From contig OX597830.1 in NCBI GenBank assembly GCA_951406725.2, forward strand, positions 26,474,001 through 26,538,000: a stretch of DNA of 64,000 nucleotides, in the 5' to 3' direction. How positions within the stretch are numbered: position 1 is the first letter of the stretch; every line of letters begins with the position of its first letter. This document shows positions 1-30,511 of this stretch, piece by piece. A program made the position numbers and the translations under genes. The stretch is from Octopus vulgaris. Its lineage: Eukaryota. The notes beneath the pieces were generated by a model. It saw only the letters and a list, made by a program, of their open reading frames with translations, searched no databases and had not been told where the DNA came from.

Positions 1-73
1 TAATATTTTACTATAAAATATTTAACCCTAAATCTGATTTTTCCCTGTAATTTTGGATTCATTCCCTAATATT

Positions 74-122
<49 letters not shown>

Positions 123-126
123 TCTG

Positions 127-173
<47 letters not shown>

Positions 174-184
174 CTCTCTCTATG

Positions 185-227
<43 letters not shown>

Positions 228-927
228 GTCGGTTTATCAGCTGAGTCTATCGTCAATATTGTCACGCCTCCTTCCTTCAAACGGGAAGGAAGAGCTATTT
301 TCATCATCCTTGTGGCTATGGCGAAAGAATGTATCTGGTGGACGCGTCTGAAAGGATTGGAGACAAACACTTTCCTCTCTGGTCAATCTCTCATCAACTT
401 CTTCAAGTACCACTTGAAAAGGAAAGTGAGAGTAGAGAGGCAAGTTTTGTCTAGCGAATGTTTTAAAAAAAGATGGGTGAATGTAGCAAGAATGGCACGT
501 ATGAATGACGAAGCCACCTTGAGCATAGTCCTATGAACCCAGAAATCGAAAACAGAGAGTTGCTTATTTGCAAAAAAAAAAAAAAGAAATATAAAATGTG
601 ACATCATTGACCGAGGTTACCGTGGTCTTTTCCGTAGGCTTTTCTTTGCACGGGTAAACCTCACCTGTCCTCCCCTTTACACTTCATATTGACATTTCTG
701 TGATAACGATCCCTATTGATCAATTTTTTTTTTTTCCTCCCCCCTTTTTTTTTAAACCCCCCTTTTTTTTGTCCTCTTTCTCTCCTTTTACGATCCCTTT
801 TGATCGAAACTCCCCCTTCCTTTTTTTTTTTTTTTTTTTTTTTTTTTTCTTAAACCTTCAAAAGAAAAGCTCTACCTTGTAATTTGTTCTATCTGTGTGC
901 AGCCCTGTGTGGCTAATAAAGAAACAT
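228..927 (+). mobile_element. 3' end of Tx1/L1-like non-LTR retrotransposon inserted in (TATC)n
   Basis: ORF2 C-terminus-like peptide (AMAKECIWWTRLKG...KRWVNV), T-rich 3' UTR ending in AATAAA, (TATC)n on both sides; related fragments at ~38280 and ~41340. Confidence 0.6.
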
Positions 928-1032
928 ATCTATCTATCTATCAATCAATCTATCTATCTATCTTTCTGTATGCCTATCTATCTATATATCTATCTATCTG
1001 TCTGTCTGTTTGTCTGTCTGTCTATCTATCTG

Positions 1033-1074
<42 letters not shown>

Positions 1075-1532
1075 CATCTATCTATCTATCTATCATCTAT
1101 CAATCTATCTATCAATCTATCTGTCCATCTATATATCTGTCTGTCTCTCGGTCTGTCTATCTATTTATTCATCTAACAACACATACATACATACATATTT
1201 ACATGCATGCATGCATACATACACCTGCATACAGAGTGACGTACATATTTACACACAGGCACAGAGGTTTTGTGCCGAACAGTACAAGCCAGCCTTTACG
1301 TGCGGGGAGTAATACTCGGTGAAATGCAACATCCGTTCGTTAATAGTTTTAGCTGTGCATTTAGTCGTAGGTTGAGACGAAATTGTCTCCAGCTCCTCTT
1401 GCTTAACCAATTGAGCACAAAAGTGGTATTGACGAGCATACAGAACGAGTCAAATCTATATCCAAATCTTTACTAGGGGCCACCAGCTGGATTGCAGCAA
1501 TTACCCACATCAAACTGAGGCAGTTCTTAGGA

Positions 1533-1916
1533 GGAAGCACTCCGTTGGTTACGATGACGAGGGTTCCGGTTGATCCGAATCAACGGAACAGCCTGTTCGT
1601 GAAATTAACGTATAAGTGGCTGAGCACTCCACAGACACGTGTACCCTTAATGTAGTTCTCGGGGATATTCAGCGTGACACAGAGAGTGACAAGGCCGGCC
1701 CTTTGAAATACAGGTACAACAGAAACAGGAAGTAAGAGTGAGAGAAAGTTGTGGTGAAAGAGTACAGCAGGGATCACCACCATCCCCTGCCGGAGCCTCG
1801 TGGAGCTTTAGGTGTTTTCGCTCAATAAACAATCACAACGCCCAGTCTGGAAATCGAAACCACGATCCTATGACCGCGAGTCCGCTGCCCTAACCACTGG
1901 GCCATTGCGCCTCCAC
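1533..1916 (-). mobile_element. tRNA-headed SINE, family 1
   Basis: Near-identical to 6124-6507; tRNA-like head on minus strand (TGGAGGCGCAATGGCCCAGTGGTTAGGGC...GGTTTCGATT); TSD-like CTGA(G/T)GCAGTTCT on both sides. Confidence 0.8.
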
Positions 1917-1952
1917 TGATGCAGTTCTACACTGCAAGTGATAATGGTGTTG

Positions 1953-2178
1953 ACGGCGAGCTGGCTGAAACGTTAGCACGCCGGGCGAAATGCTTTGTGG
2001 TATTTCGTCTGCCGCTGTGTTCTGAGTTCAAATTCCGCTGAGGTCAACTTTGCCTTTCATCCTCTCGTGGTTGATAAATTAAGTACCAGTTACGCACTGG
2101 GGTCGATGTAATCGACTTAATCCGTTTGTCTGACCTCTCTGTGTTTAGCCCCTTGTGGGTAGTAAAGAAATAGGTATT
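1953..2178 (+). mobile_element. SINE family 2 (GGCGAGCTGGCAGAAACGTTAGCACGCCGGGCG head)
   Basis: About a dozen copies in the window share GCCTTTCATCCTTTCGGGGTCGATAAATTAAGTACCAG. Confidence 0.75.
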
Positions 2179-2909
2179 AACTGGAGGGAGAAAGGGATGC
2201 ACATGCACTATGGATGATACTAAATACAACTGTCTTGATTGAGTCAATGTGAGAAAGTACAATCTTTAAAGGTACAATACGCCACCCAATCTAGGAAACG
2301 AACTTACGGCCTTATGGTCATGAGACAAACAACCTCTATATTACATTATGTGCGTGCTCAAAACTACCGTCAACACCATGGATACTTGCGATGTAGAACT
2401 GCATCAGTTTGATGTGGGTAATTACTGCAATCCACCTGGTGGACCTTAGTAAAGATTTGGATATAGATTTGACTCGTTCTATATGCTCGTTACGAAATTT
2501 TTGTAATTGGAAATCACACTTCTGATAGAGAATATCTATTTACACTAAACAATTGACTTGTCAACCAGGAAAACTTGTCAGATTAAAATAATATATTACA
2601 TAGAATGAAACAAATGTGACAGATCTTATACGAAAGTAACATCGAATACACGATCATTCGCTCGCAGTAATGTATCTATATGAACGATACGTCTTTTAGA
2701 AAGACATCTGGAAAATGAGGTTGTCAAGGTTATATCAAGGTTGTCGTTAATATCTCAGAGTAAAACGTCAGAAGTCTGATAGTGAAAGGAGTTGTATTCA
2801 TTAAATAGTAAAAACGAATACAGAAAAACAAACGGAAAAATAAAACAAAAATAAATAAAACAACATAACCCAAGAAATCGATTCAGGAGCCATCTGTGCA
2901 AGTTATATT

Positions 2910-3305
2910 CCGTTCTACTCTAGGCACAAGGCCAGAAATTTTGGCGGAGGGGAGAAGTCTATTAGATCGATCTCAATGCGTAACTGGTTCTTAATTTATT
3001 GATCTCAAAAGGATGAAAGGTAAAGTTGACCACGACGGAATTTGAACTCAGAACGTAAAGACAGAAGAAATACCTATTTCTTTATTACCCACAAGGGGCT
3101 ACACACACAGAGAACAAACAAGGACAGACAAACGGATTAAGTCGATTATATCGATCCCAGTGCGTAACTGGTACTTATTTAATCGACCCCGAAAGAATGA
3201 AAGGCAAAGTCGACCTCGGCAGAAGTTGAACTCAGAACGTAACGGCAGACGAAATGCCGCATAGCATTTCGCCCGGCGTGCTAACGTTTCTGCCAGCTCG
3301 CCGCT
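2910..3305 (-). mobile_element. SINE family 2, internally tandem-repeated
   Basis: Reverse complement of family 2 with two body units. Confidence 0.75.
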
Positions 3306-3804
3306 TTTCTGTGCAAATTATACTGATCTGAAAATACGCAAAAATCAATAAAATTAAACTTTAAAAAATCTAAACACACCATCTCGTAGAGCAAATCATT
3401 TTCTTTTTAATAACAGTAGATTTTCCTCGATTTGACAGCCACATAGATATGTGTATATATATGTATGTATATATAAATGTGTGTGTGTGTGTGTGTGTGT
3501 ATGTGTGTGTGTGTGTGTGCTTGTTTTTGTGTGTGTGTATGTGTCTACACACTGAAGCTGAAAAACTTCACAAACTCTTAGCCAGATTTCCCTTAACCAT
3601 TCATCAGACAGTTGTAAGAATTCAGAAGAATAGAAAAGATTTTTCACAATTGTCCGATGACAATATACATGAATCTTTTGAATAGCAGTTTGTGAATTTT
3701 TCAGCATTACTAAGATAGTAATGGACTCTGAGATTGGTATTTCAATACCATTTTTTTTCGTCCCCTTTATTTTTCATACTCCAATGCTATTTTTAGTAAT
3801 ACTG

Positions 3805-4383
3805 GTCACAAATTTCGGCACAAGTCTGGGAGATGGTTTAATTCGATTACATCGACCCCAATTTTCAACTGGTACTTATTTCATAAACCCACAAATGATA
3901 AAAGGCAAAGTCAGCCTCGGTGGAATTTGAACTCGGAACATAAAGACGGACGAAATTTCACTAAGCATTTTACTAGGCATGAATATGATTCTTATTTCTT
4001 TATTGCCCACAAGGGGCTAAACATAGAGGGGACAGACAAACGGATTAAGTCGATTATATCGACCTCAGTGCGTATCTGGTACTTAATTTATCGACCCCGA
4101 AAGGATGAAAGGCAAAATCGACCTCGGCGGAATTTGAACTCAGAACGTAAATGCAGACGAAATACCTATTTCTTTACTACCCACAAAGGGTTAAACATAG
4201 AGTTGACAAACAAGAACAGACAAACGGATTAAGTCGATTACATCTGATACTTAATTTATCGACCCCGAAGGGATGAAAGGCAAAGTCGACCTCGGCGGAA
4301 CTTGAACTCAGAACGTAACGGCAGACGAAATAGCGCTAAGCATTTCGCCCGGTGTGCTAACGATTCTGCCAGTTCGCCGCTTT
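3805..4383 (-). mobile_element. SINE family 2, three body units
   Basis: Reverse complement of family 2; a + strand fragment follows at ~4420-4555. Confidence 0.75.
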
Positions 4384-5200
4384 TACATAAGATAATATTT
4401 CTAAACATACGTCTGTTCATATTCCACTGAGATTGATTTTGCCTTTCATCCCTTTCGGGGCCGATAAAATAAGTACCAGTAGATCACTGGGGTTGACGTA
4501 ATCGACTTACCCCTCCTCCGAAATTGCTGGCCTTGTGCCAAAATTGGAGACAAAAATTACTGGACATACTTTATCTGGCCGTATACTTTAGCCTTCGAAT
4601 GCTTATTTATGACTGTGTAAATTGAACGACATAGAAAACCATACGAATGCAAGCCAAGGGCATATAAATCAAACGAGTGCATATCCCGGGGTCTGTTTAT
4701 TCAAAACTGTAAGTATTCATTAAAAAATATTACGTAATAGTTTCTATATTAATGGCTAAAACAAACACACTAGAAGATAGTGTGCGTCTGTGGATGGGGC
4801 ATCCATTGATAAACACTAGAAAAGAACATGAATTTGAGTGCTGTTACGTGTGCACATGAATATTGCTAGACAAGCTTAGATGGACATGCATTTACATGTT
4901 CATGACTATGCATGTCTAATTTTCTCATTAAACAAACGCTAGGACATACGTGCACGCATGTGTATACAATCATTAGACATCCGTATAGCGGACATGCACC
5001 AAAATGTTGATGCATGTATGCTTAACTAATATGTCCTTCGATAGATGCACCCATGGGTATACTCTCCTATTCATGTGTGTGCTTGTTTATGATGTATTCA
5101 AGAAATGCACACATGCACACATATGCACATGCGTAAGAATACATTCATATATAAATATATATATATGTGTGTGTGTGTGAGTGAATCAGTGTGTGTGTAA

Positions 5201-5241
<41 letters not shown>

Positions 5242-5253
5242 TACCTTTAATTC

Positions 5254-5310
<57 letters not shown>

Positions 5311-5480
5311 TCAAAACTGGGGTAAAATCTTTATAGGAAATTATCAAGTAGTTAGCGTGAAAAACCTCATAAGGGAAAAATTTATAAATTTAATTATTCC
5401 TTTTAAACATATTTATATTAAGGACATTACTATATATATATACCTCACGCTAGAAGGGACTCTTAAAGTCAAAACTACCG

Positions 5481-5554
<74 letters not shown>

Positions 5555-5558
<4 letters not shown>

Positions 5559-5881
5559 ATATTTCGGAATGGTCATTTTGCCAGTTTAGCCAATAAAAAC
5601 ACACGCACTATATATTTGATGTTATTTTGCTTCAGTGTTATTTATTTTTTACATTAATCTTAATCTTATTTCGGCCAGAGTTCTTTCGTCACACTCCTGT
5701 GACCGCATCAGTGGTCCTTTGTTTTCTTCTTTCTTCTTTGTGTCTCTCCTTACTAACCGTCAGCCATTTTGTATTTCTATTGTATATCTTCATTTGCGCA
5801 TGCTTATATCTCTAAATAAGCATAAACGCATATAGAGATACAAGCATGCGCAAATGAAGACATACAATAGAAATACAAAAT
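5555..5881 (-). mobile_element. Penelope-like terminal fragment with hammerhead-like motif and short inverted duplication
   Basis: Minus strand 5673-5717: CCA-CTGATGC-G-GTCACA/TGTGAC-GAAA-GAACTC-TGG; hairpin arms 5767-5814/5833-5881; adjacent to (TA)n. Confidence 0.45.
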
Positions 5882-6123
5882 TTAGAAACAAGACGTAAAA
5901 TATACTTAGAAACATTTTGCAAAGAATAGAGAGAGGGATTTTAGTGACATCAGATAAAGAAAAATGAATTGCAGCAATTATGAAGGAGAATATCATAGAA
6001 AACAACCCTTTTAAATTATATTGTCGAAACTGAGAAATAGAGACGAGGCAACATAAATAACAGCAATTTAAAGCCTAAAATTTCGGCCACCAGAAAATGC
6101 TATACCTAAAGAGAGGTGTTAAT

Positions 6124-6507
6124 GGAAGCACTCCGTCGGTTACGACGATGAGGGTTCCGGTTGATCCGAATCAACGAAGCAGCCTGTTCGTGAAATTAAC
6201 GTGTAAGTGGCTGAGCACTCCAGAGACACGTGCACCCTCAACGTAGTTCTCGGGGATATTCAGCGTGACACAGAGAGTGACAAGGCCGGCCCCTTGAAAT
6301 ACAGGTACAACAGAAACAGGAAGTAAGAGTGAGAGAAAGTTGTGGTGAAAGAGTACAGCAGGGATCACCACCATCCCCTGCCGGAGCCTCGTGAAGCTTT
6401 TAGGTGTTTTCGCTCAATAAACACTCACAACACCCGGTCTGGAAATCGAAACCGCGATCCTATGACCGCGAGTCCGCTGCCCTAACCACTGGGCCATTGC
6501 GCCTCCA
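6124..6507 (-). mobile_element. tRNA-headed SINE, family 1
   Basis: Copy of 1533-1916; flanked by direct repeat AGAGGTGTTAAT (TSD). Confidence 0.85.
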
Positions 6508-7036
6508 CAGAGGTGTTAATACAGAAGTTAAAGAAGGCGACCTCAGAAAATATATCATTGGGTAATTTCATAAAATGGCATGTATATACATTTACACTTA
6601 TAACTGTGTCAGTTATTGGACTGGGGGTTTCTGGAGCACTGAGTTGAAAGATTTAATAGATCAAATCGACTACAACAGTTATTATATCGTTCAAACAAAC
6701 CAACAGCGGTTTTCAAGCGATGGCAAGCAAATACAAAGACAAGCGCCCACACGCAGATATATTCATACACAGAGTCATACATACATATATACATACATAT
6801 GTATTAATGTGTATATAGTATGCGTGTATATATACACGCATACACGTATATATATGTATGCGTGTATACACGTATATATACACGTCAATATATCTATGCG
6901 TGTATATATACATGTATATGCTCATGTATATACATGCTCATATGCATGCGTGTATGTATGTATGTATGTATGAATGTATGTATGTATGTATGTATGTATG
7001 TATGTATGTATGTATGTATGTATGTATGTATGTATG

Positions 7037-7432
7037 TGAATGGAAAGAGACCCCCGGCAGAAACCAAGGCTGCGATTTAAGGATTGTGTCAAGTCCTCGT
7101 TAAAGGCCTGTGATATGCAGGAGACTGACACGGAGAGCAATGCCTGTCATCGCCACAGATGGAGGAAGCAGGTTAAGGAAGAGGTCGACACTTCTGAGAG
7201 ATCACGTATTCTGCATGAAGAACTTACGCGTGCTGCGCGAAAGCGCGCTGCTAGTGTAGTGAATGGGGAAAGCTTGGTCTGCAATGTTTGCAGTCGTGTA
7301 TGCTTGTCAAGAGAAGGGTTCATTAGCCACCAACGGAGCCAAAAATGCAAAATATAAGCTAGTCCTAGAGTGCACGATGTTCCTGAAGGTCAGCAATGGT
7401 TTTCCTCGGTCGCGAGTGGATGGCCATCATCA
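7037..7432 (+). mobile_element. 3' fragment of RTE-clade LINE
   Basis: RPRQKPRLRFKDCVKSSLK...RWRKQVKE...CNVCSRVCLSREGFISHQR (RTE ORF end with zinc finger), short CATCAT tail, embedded in (TATG)n. Confidence 0.75.
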
Positions 7433-7581
7433 TATATATGAATGTATGTATGTATGCATGTATGTATGTATGTATGTATGTATGTATGTATGTATATGTG
7501 TATGTATGTATGTATGTATGTATGTATGTATGTATGTATGTATGTATGTATGCATCAATCTATCTACCTACTTATAATATA

Positions 7582-7674
7582 CGATGGGGTGCTGAAAAGT
7601 TCCTGGCTTTAAGTAACTGATCCTCCAGTATTTTCTTTCACCCAAAGCCAGGAACTTTTCAGTCCCACCCCTCG
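7582..7674. mobile_element. Mariner-type mini-MITE (TIRs only)
   Basis: CGATGGGGTGCTGAAAAGTTCCTGGCTTT ... AAAGCCAGGAACTTTTCAGTCCCACCCCTCG, ~30-bp TIRs; separates (TATG)n from (CATA)n. Confidence 0.65.
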
Positions 7675-8026
7675 TGTATACATACATACATACATACATA
7701 CATACATACATACATACATACATACATACATACATACATACATACATACATACATACATACATACATACATGCATGCATACATACATACATACATACATA
7801 CATACATACATGCATACATACATACATGCATACATACATACGTACATACATACATACATGCATGCATACATACATACATACATACATACATACATACATA
7901 CATGCATGCATACATACATACATACATACATACATACATACATACATACATACATACATACATGCATACATACATACATACATACATGCATACATACATA
8001 CATACATGCATACATACGTGTATATA

Positions 8027-9430
8027 CAGCCAGGACCACGTTAATAGCTTGGAAGTGAAATTTAGGATTTCTCAGTTTACTGTGAAGCGATTTTGATAAA
8101 ACTTTTTCCAGCTTTTGAATGAAAATAGCCCATGTAGACATTTGTTGTTTTTTTTTCAGAAAATGATGAGCAGTGATACATATTTAGTATACATTGAGTA
8201 TATATTTAACAGAAAACCATAATAATATTATAACATTTTTTGACATAATGAATTATTTAGCCACATGAGCGCCATTTCGACGGATAGCTTTAAAAACCCT
8301 ATTAGTCAATTTCAATAATAGTAGCAAGTTTGACTGCCTCAGCTGCAGCAGCTTTTATAGTCACCCATAAGATATTTTCGATGTAAATTGGTGTCCATCA
8401 GGATAAACATCTTGATTAATATTGGACCAAAGATTTTCGATAGGGTTGAGATGGCGGCCATACCACCATCCTTTCACCATATATTCCGTAATACCCTAGA
8501 AATGTTTGGGTAGTCCTAGCAGAGTGGGAAGGATCGTTGTCATGCATGAACATGAGATTCCTTAAAAGTGATAGCGATATGTCATCAAGCCAGGGATCCA
8601 AGACCCCCTTCAGAAGAATGCAGTTGCGGCTGCGGTTACTTTAACCTCTTCAGGCACTCTGACTGGGCCAACAAGTCTGTCCTCAATGATACCAGCCCAC
8701 AAAATCACTCTTCCACCCTGTTGTTGACGTCGTAAGCGTTGGTGACGCTCATCTCCAAAATATACCCAACCATTCGCCCAACCGTCAGGTCCGTCAAGGG
8801 CGGCCCTGGTTTCGCCAGTGAAGAGAATGCAACTCATGTCTAACGCCATGTACTTTTGGGCCCATTGAAGCCTCAAACTCATGTGACAGGATGTTAAAGA
8901 AGGCAGTTTCAAGGGTTCCCGAACGGAAGCCATGGTCCCGAGGAAGTGGTTTATAGTGGTATTCGGTACACGAGGAAGCCCGGAGGGGGTGAAGATGGCT
9001 TGTTTGAGAAGGTTTCCCACGTAACTTGCGGCTAATATTTCTTAAATCCCTAGATGTCACTGTTTTGGAGGTCCCACAATCGGATCGTTTCTTCCTTGGC
9101 GAAGGGTCCTTCAGGAATCGTCTAACCGTGTTCACATGACCACCTAACAACTCGGCAATGACATGAAGAGAGATGTCTTTAGCACTTTCGTTTGGGGATA
9201 ACAGACTTTTCTTCATCGTTAAGGCCTTTTCTACGTCCTATTGCTATCAGCGTGGTTAGCCCCAAAACTAAAGAATCTGAAATGGAAAATGAAAGGACGT
9301 TAAATAGAATAAAGAAAACACAGCAATGGTGTTGCCATAGTGTGCAGACCAAAAGTTTTATGAAGATCGATTCACAGAAAACAGAGAAACGCTAAATTTC
9401 ACTCCTAAGCTATTTGCGTGGCTCTTGGTG
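8027..9430 (-). mobile_element. Decayed full-length Tc1-like DNA transposon
   Basis: Frameshifted transposase (HTH: VIAELLGGHVNTVRRFL; ILFTGETR; VILWAGI; FMHDNDPSH; WPPSQP); ~55-bp imperfect TIRs at 8027 and 9430. Confidence 0.85.
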
Positions 9431-9504
9431 TGTGTATATATACATATATATACATACATACACATACATACATACATATATATATATGTTTTAGCTTTCA
9501 AATG

Positions 9505-9724
9505 ACGCCACCCCGCTGGCTAAGCGAGCAGGCCAACAGAAGGAAGAGTGAGAGAAAGTTGTGGCGAAAGAGTACAGCAGGGATCGCCACCGCCCCCTGC
9601 CGGAGCTTCGTGGAGCTTTAGGTGTTTTCGCTCAATAAACACTCACAATGCCCGGTCTGGGAATTGAAACCGCGATCCCACAACCACTAGTCCGCTGCCC
9701 TAACCACTGGGTCATTGCGCCTCC

Positions 9725-9726
<2 letters not shown>
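9505..9726 (-). mobile_element. SINE related to family 1 (shared head, different tail)
   Basis: Shares GGAAGAGTGAGAGAAAGTTGTGG...CATTGCGCCTCCA. Confidence 0.75.
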
Positions 9727-9788
<62 letters not shown>

Positions 9789-9835
9789 ACGTATATATAT
9801 ATATATATACATACATACATACATATGTGTGAGTG

Positions 9836-9894
<59 letters not shown>

Positions 9895-9899
9895 GTGTG

Positions 9900-10892
9900 T
9901 GTTGTAATTCAGAATAAACTGTAAAAGGTTGTCAGTATAGTAGTCGAGGTGTTTCGAATGTCGGAACGAAGGGCTACAAGGCATTCTTGTCGGCTATTAA
10001 TGGCAATAGACGCTATGAAAAACCGTTGAATAAAAGTGAAGTTAATGTAATAGGTAGAAAAGAAAAAAGAAAGAAGGAAAAAAAATATTCACGCAACCAT
10101 ATTCTCACGATTCATAAACATAAACCTCCTGCATTCATAATGTCTGCATACGTACACACTCACATAAGCCTGTATACGTACATTCACATACACAAATAAA
10201 CATATATGTGCATGTACGTACTCATACATATACACTTATCCACACACACACACGCACGCATGTATATATATATACTAGCAGTATCGCCCGGCGTTGCTCT
10301 GGTTTGTAAGGGAAATAACTATATAAGCATTTTTAGAGAGTTACTTCCCTTATAGATGCCAATTCGGGCTTTCTTAGCCATTTCTGTTTTGGTGTCTTCA
10401 AGCCATGAAATCGTTGTTCTAAAAGAACGCTGGTCTCCTTGACAACGCATTACGACGTTGATTTCCTTAAACTCCCTTCCCCACAGCTTCAAGAGGGAGG
10501 GAAGAAGGGGGAGAAGCAAACACAGGTGCAGGTGTTTCAGCGTGGACGCCAACTCCGCCGCCATCGACACACGAAAAATTATGCATTAAAATGGAATAAA
10601 AAATGATGTTAAATTATTTTTAAAATCGTAGACTCATCGTAGACGCGCGCTAATAGCCAGACGGGCTTGATATTAATCACGACTATAAGATACCCGAATT
10701 TGGTTAAACTGCACCGCAAAATGTGGGAGGAGTTGGGAATCTAAATCGAAGGGGACAGACACTCACACAACTAGAGTTTTATATATATAGATACGCATAT
10801 TTGCACGCAACTTCATCCTCATATGTATTATGTTACTTGTATGCATGCAAACACCTATGTGTATATGAGGATAAAGATGCGTCCACATATAC

Positions 10893-10926
<34 letters not shown>

Positions 10927-11313
10927 TTGCGTGTGTGTGGATATGTGTGTATGTATGAGTATGTACATGCACTTATAGGTTTGTGTGTGTATGTGCGTGT
11001 ATACAAATTTATGTGTGTATGTGTGTATACAAATGTGTGTATGTGTACGTATGCAGACGTTATGAATGCAGGGGGTTTATACCTATGCATTGTGAGAATA
11101 TGGTTGCCTGGATTTTTTCTTTCTTTCTTTTTTCTTTCTTTCTTTTTTCTTTCTTTTTCTACTTATAACAGTAACTTCCATTTTATTCAAAAGTCTTTCA
11201 TAGCGTCTGTTGCCATTAACAGTCGACGGGAATGTATCGTAGCTCTTCACTCCGACATTCGAAACTCCGAGTACTATAACGACAACCTTTTACTGTTTGT
11301 TCTAAATTATAAC
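9900..11313. repeat. Diverged inverted repeat (~350-bp arms 9900-10250 / 10935-11313)
   Basis: e.g. AAAAGGTTGTCAGTATAGTAGTCGAG versus CTCCGAGTACTATAACGACAACCTTTT; roughly 80% identity by eye. Confidence 0.8.
10275..10791 (-). mobile_element. Non-autonomous Helitron-like element
   Basis: Minus strand starts TC(TATATATATAAAAC) and ends CTAG after a GC-rich subterminal segment; inserted between A and T; no TSD. Confidence 0.75.
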
Positions 11314-11384
11314 ATATATAAATAATCATCTATTTTTCTAATATCGAGGTGTCATTCTTTTGTCGCTTTTATTATTATTATTAT

Positions 11385-11661
11385 TCAGTAGTTTTATTTT
11401 TATAGCGGGATTTCACTTCACTACCGAGCGCAGCTCTGTGTACCTTGGGTATGTGCTGTGATTTGTTGTGATGCTCTGATGGTTACTGTATTGTAAGTGT
11501 TTTGCGTAGGATGTGTGCAGTGCCCAGAAGTGCGATTTTCTGTATGTTATATATATTTGTAAGCCCAGGTGTTTTTGTTATGTATTTGTCTGAATATTTT
11601 TTATCGTACCTAATGCGCCTACTATGATAGGAATTGTTTCTGTTTTTAGATTCCACATTCA

Positions 11662-11662
<1 letters not shown>
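11385..11662 (-). mobile_element. 3' end of R4/Dong-like LINE in (TAA)n
   Basis: ...YNIQKIALLGTAHILRKTL; same 3' UTR as 20508-21250; TAT repeats on both sides. Confidence 0.7.
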
Positions 11663-11710
<48 letters not shown>

Positions 11711-11826
11711 CATTATTCTATGTTTGACTTTTGCTTTACATTTGCACAAGCTGGCTCCAAGTCTCACCCAGAGACCTCATGAGACAACAAGTTATTATTA
11801 TTATTATTATTATACATACATACACA

Positions 11827-11858
<32 letters not shown>

Positions 11859-12149
11859 CACACACATACACACACACACACACACACATACATACACGGC
11901 GGTCTTCCGCACACTTTTTCGTCTAACACACTTGTCCACGATCCTTCACTGTGTGACCAAACTGGAAACCACTTCGTTGCAGCAATAGCTGAATAACAAA
12001 TAACAATATCCCTTAAAGTTAGATATAATTACAATTTCAGCATGTAGAGATATAAGACGGCCTAATTACTCGCTGAAAACTGTAAACAAGACAATATCCA
12101 AAGAAGATATTAATTGTAGACTAAGTCTTGACTTGAAAACTGAATTTCA

Positions 12150-12470
12150 TGATATAGTGTCATAAAATGGCTGTGACATTGATAATGGCGTATTTCTATA
12201 ACGACATTTCGCTTACTTTTTGTTATATAATACAAAGTAAAGCTGCGTGAAACTACATGATCTTAGGTTATGTACATTTGACACGTAAATTTTCAATAGC
12301 ATATCTTTTCCCCTCAAGTATTTCTTTCAAAGAAGAACGATGTTGAGAAGTATATCAAAGAGCGGCTGAAATGCGGTTTGCTTCTTAGTTTGCACAACTT
12401 CTTTTGTTTTTAATTGATTGAAATGGTCAATGATGATAATGACAAATCAATCTAGTAAACTTCAGATGTA
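12150..12470 (+). promoter_or_regulatory. Conserved upstream block of gene A (candidate promoter or 5'-UTR exon)
   Basis: Homologous to ~37010-37345; contains a 46-nt identical run with TATATAA (12220-12265 = 37085-37130), ~0.7 kb upstream of the ATG in both paralogs. Confidence 0.4.
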
Positions 12471-12942
12471 AACAAAAACACACACAAATACACACACGCA
12501 CACACACACGCACACATACATACCTACAAACATACCTACACACGTACATATACACACACAAACGCTCACATTGGAATGTATAGATGTATTCAAACGTGTA
12601 TACATATACGCATACAAACATACATACATACATACATACATACATACATACATACATACATACACTCACACATGCTTAGATACATACATATTGTATATAT
12701 TTATACATGTAATTATTTTTACGCTCGTATGTATGTATGTATGTCTATCTGCACGTATATATATATGTGATTGCATTCATTATATGCCTTCATTTCTAGT
12801 TGCATAATCTGTTCCCTCGTTACACTGGGTTCTGGCGTTCTCTCTCTGTCTTTCTCAATCTCTCGCTCGACCTATCTATCATTTACAATTTAATCTCCAT
12901 TTCAAAGTAAATCTTAGTAATTCATTGGGACCAACACCAATC

Positions 12943-30511
<17,569 letters not shown>

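Noticed and set aside
1010-1312. Similar peptides [17 protein letters not shown] and [17 protein letters not shown] (32647-32979, minus)
   Set aside because: Reflects homologous non-coding 3'-flank DNA; the third copy near 54420 has deletions and no consistent splice sites were seen
1850-1916. tRNA-like sequences (also ~6440-6507, 9660-9726, 38740-38790)
   Set aside because: SINE heads without a full cloverleaf; not tRNA genes
2910-4555. Regularly repeated ~160-bp units resembling an array or CRISPR
   Set aside because: Internal tandem units of a eukaryotic SINE; no unique spacers and no cas genes
4685-5130. Stretch with recurring AAACACTAG / GGACATGCA motifs
   Set aside because: No clear period, termini or ORF could be established; probably an old repeat
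7396-8141. ORFs of MYVC/HTYI repeats (similar ones at 0.9, 19.3, 31.8, 43.9 and 61.5-63 kb)
   Set aside because: Stop-free TATG, TA, CA and TATC repeats, not proteins; not reflectin-like or Cys/His-rich genes
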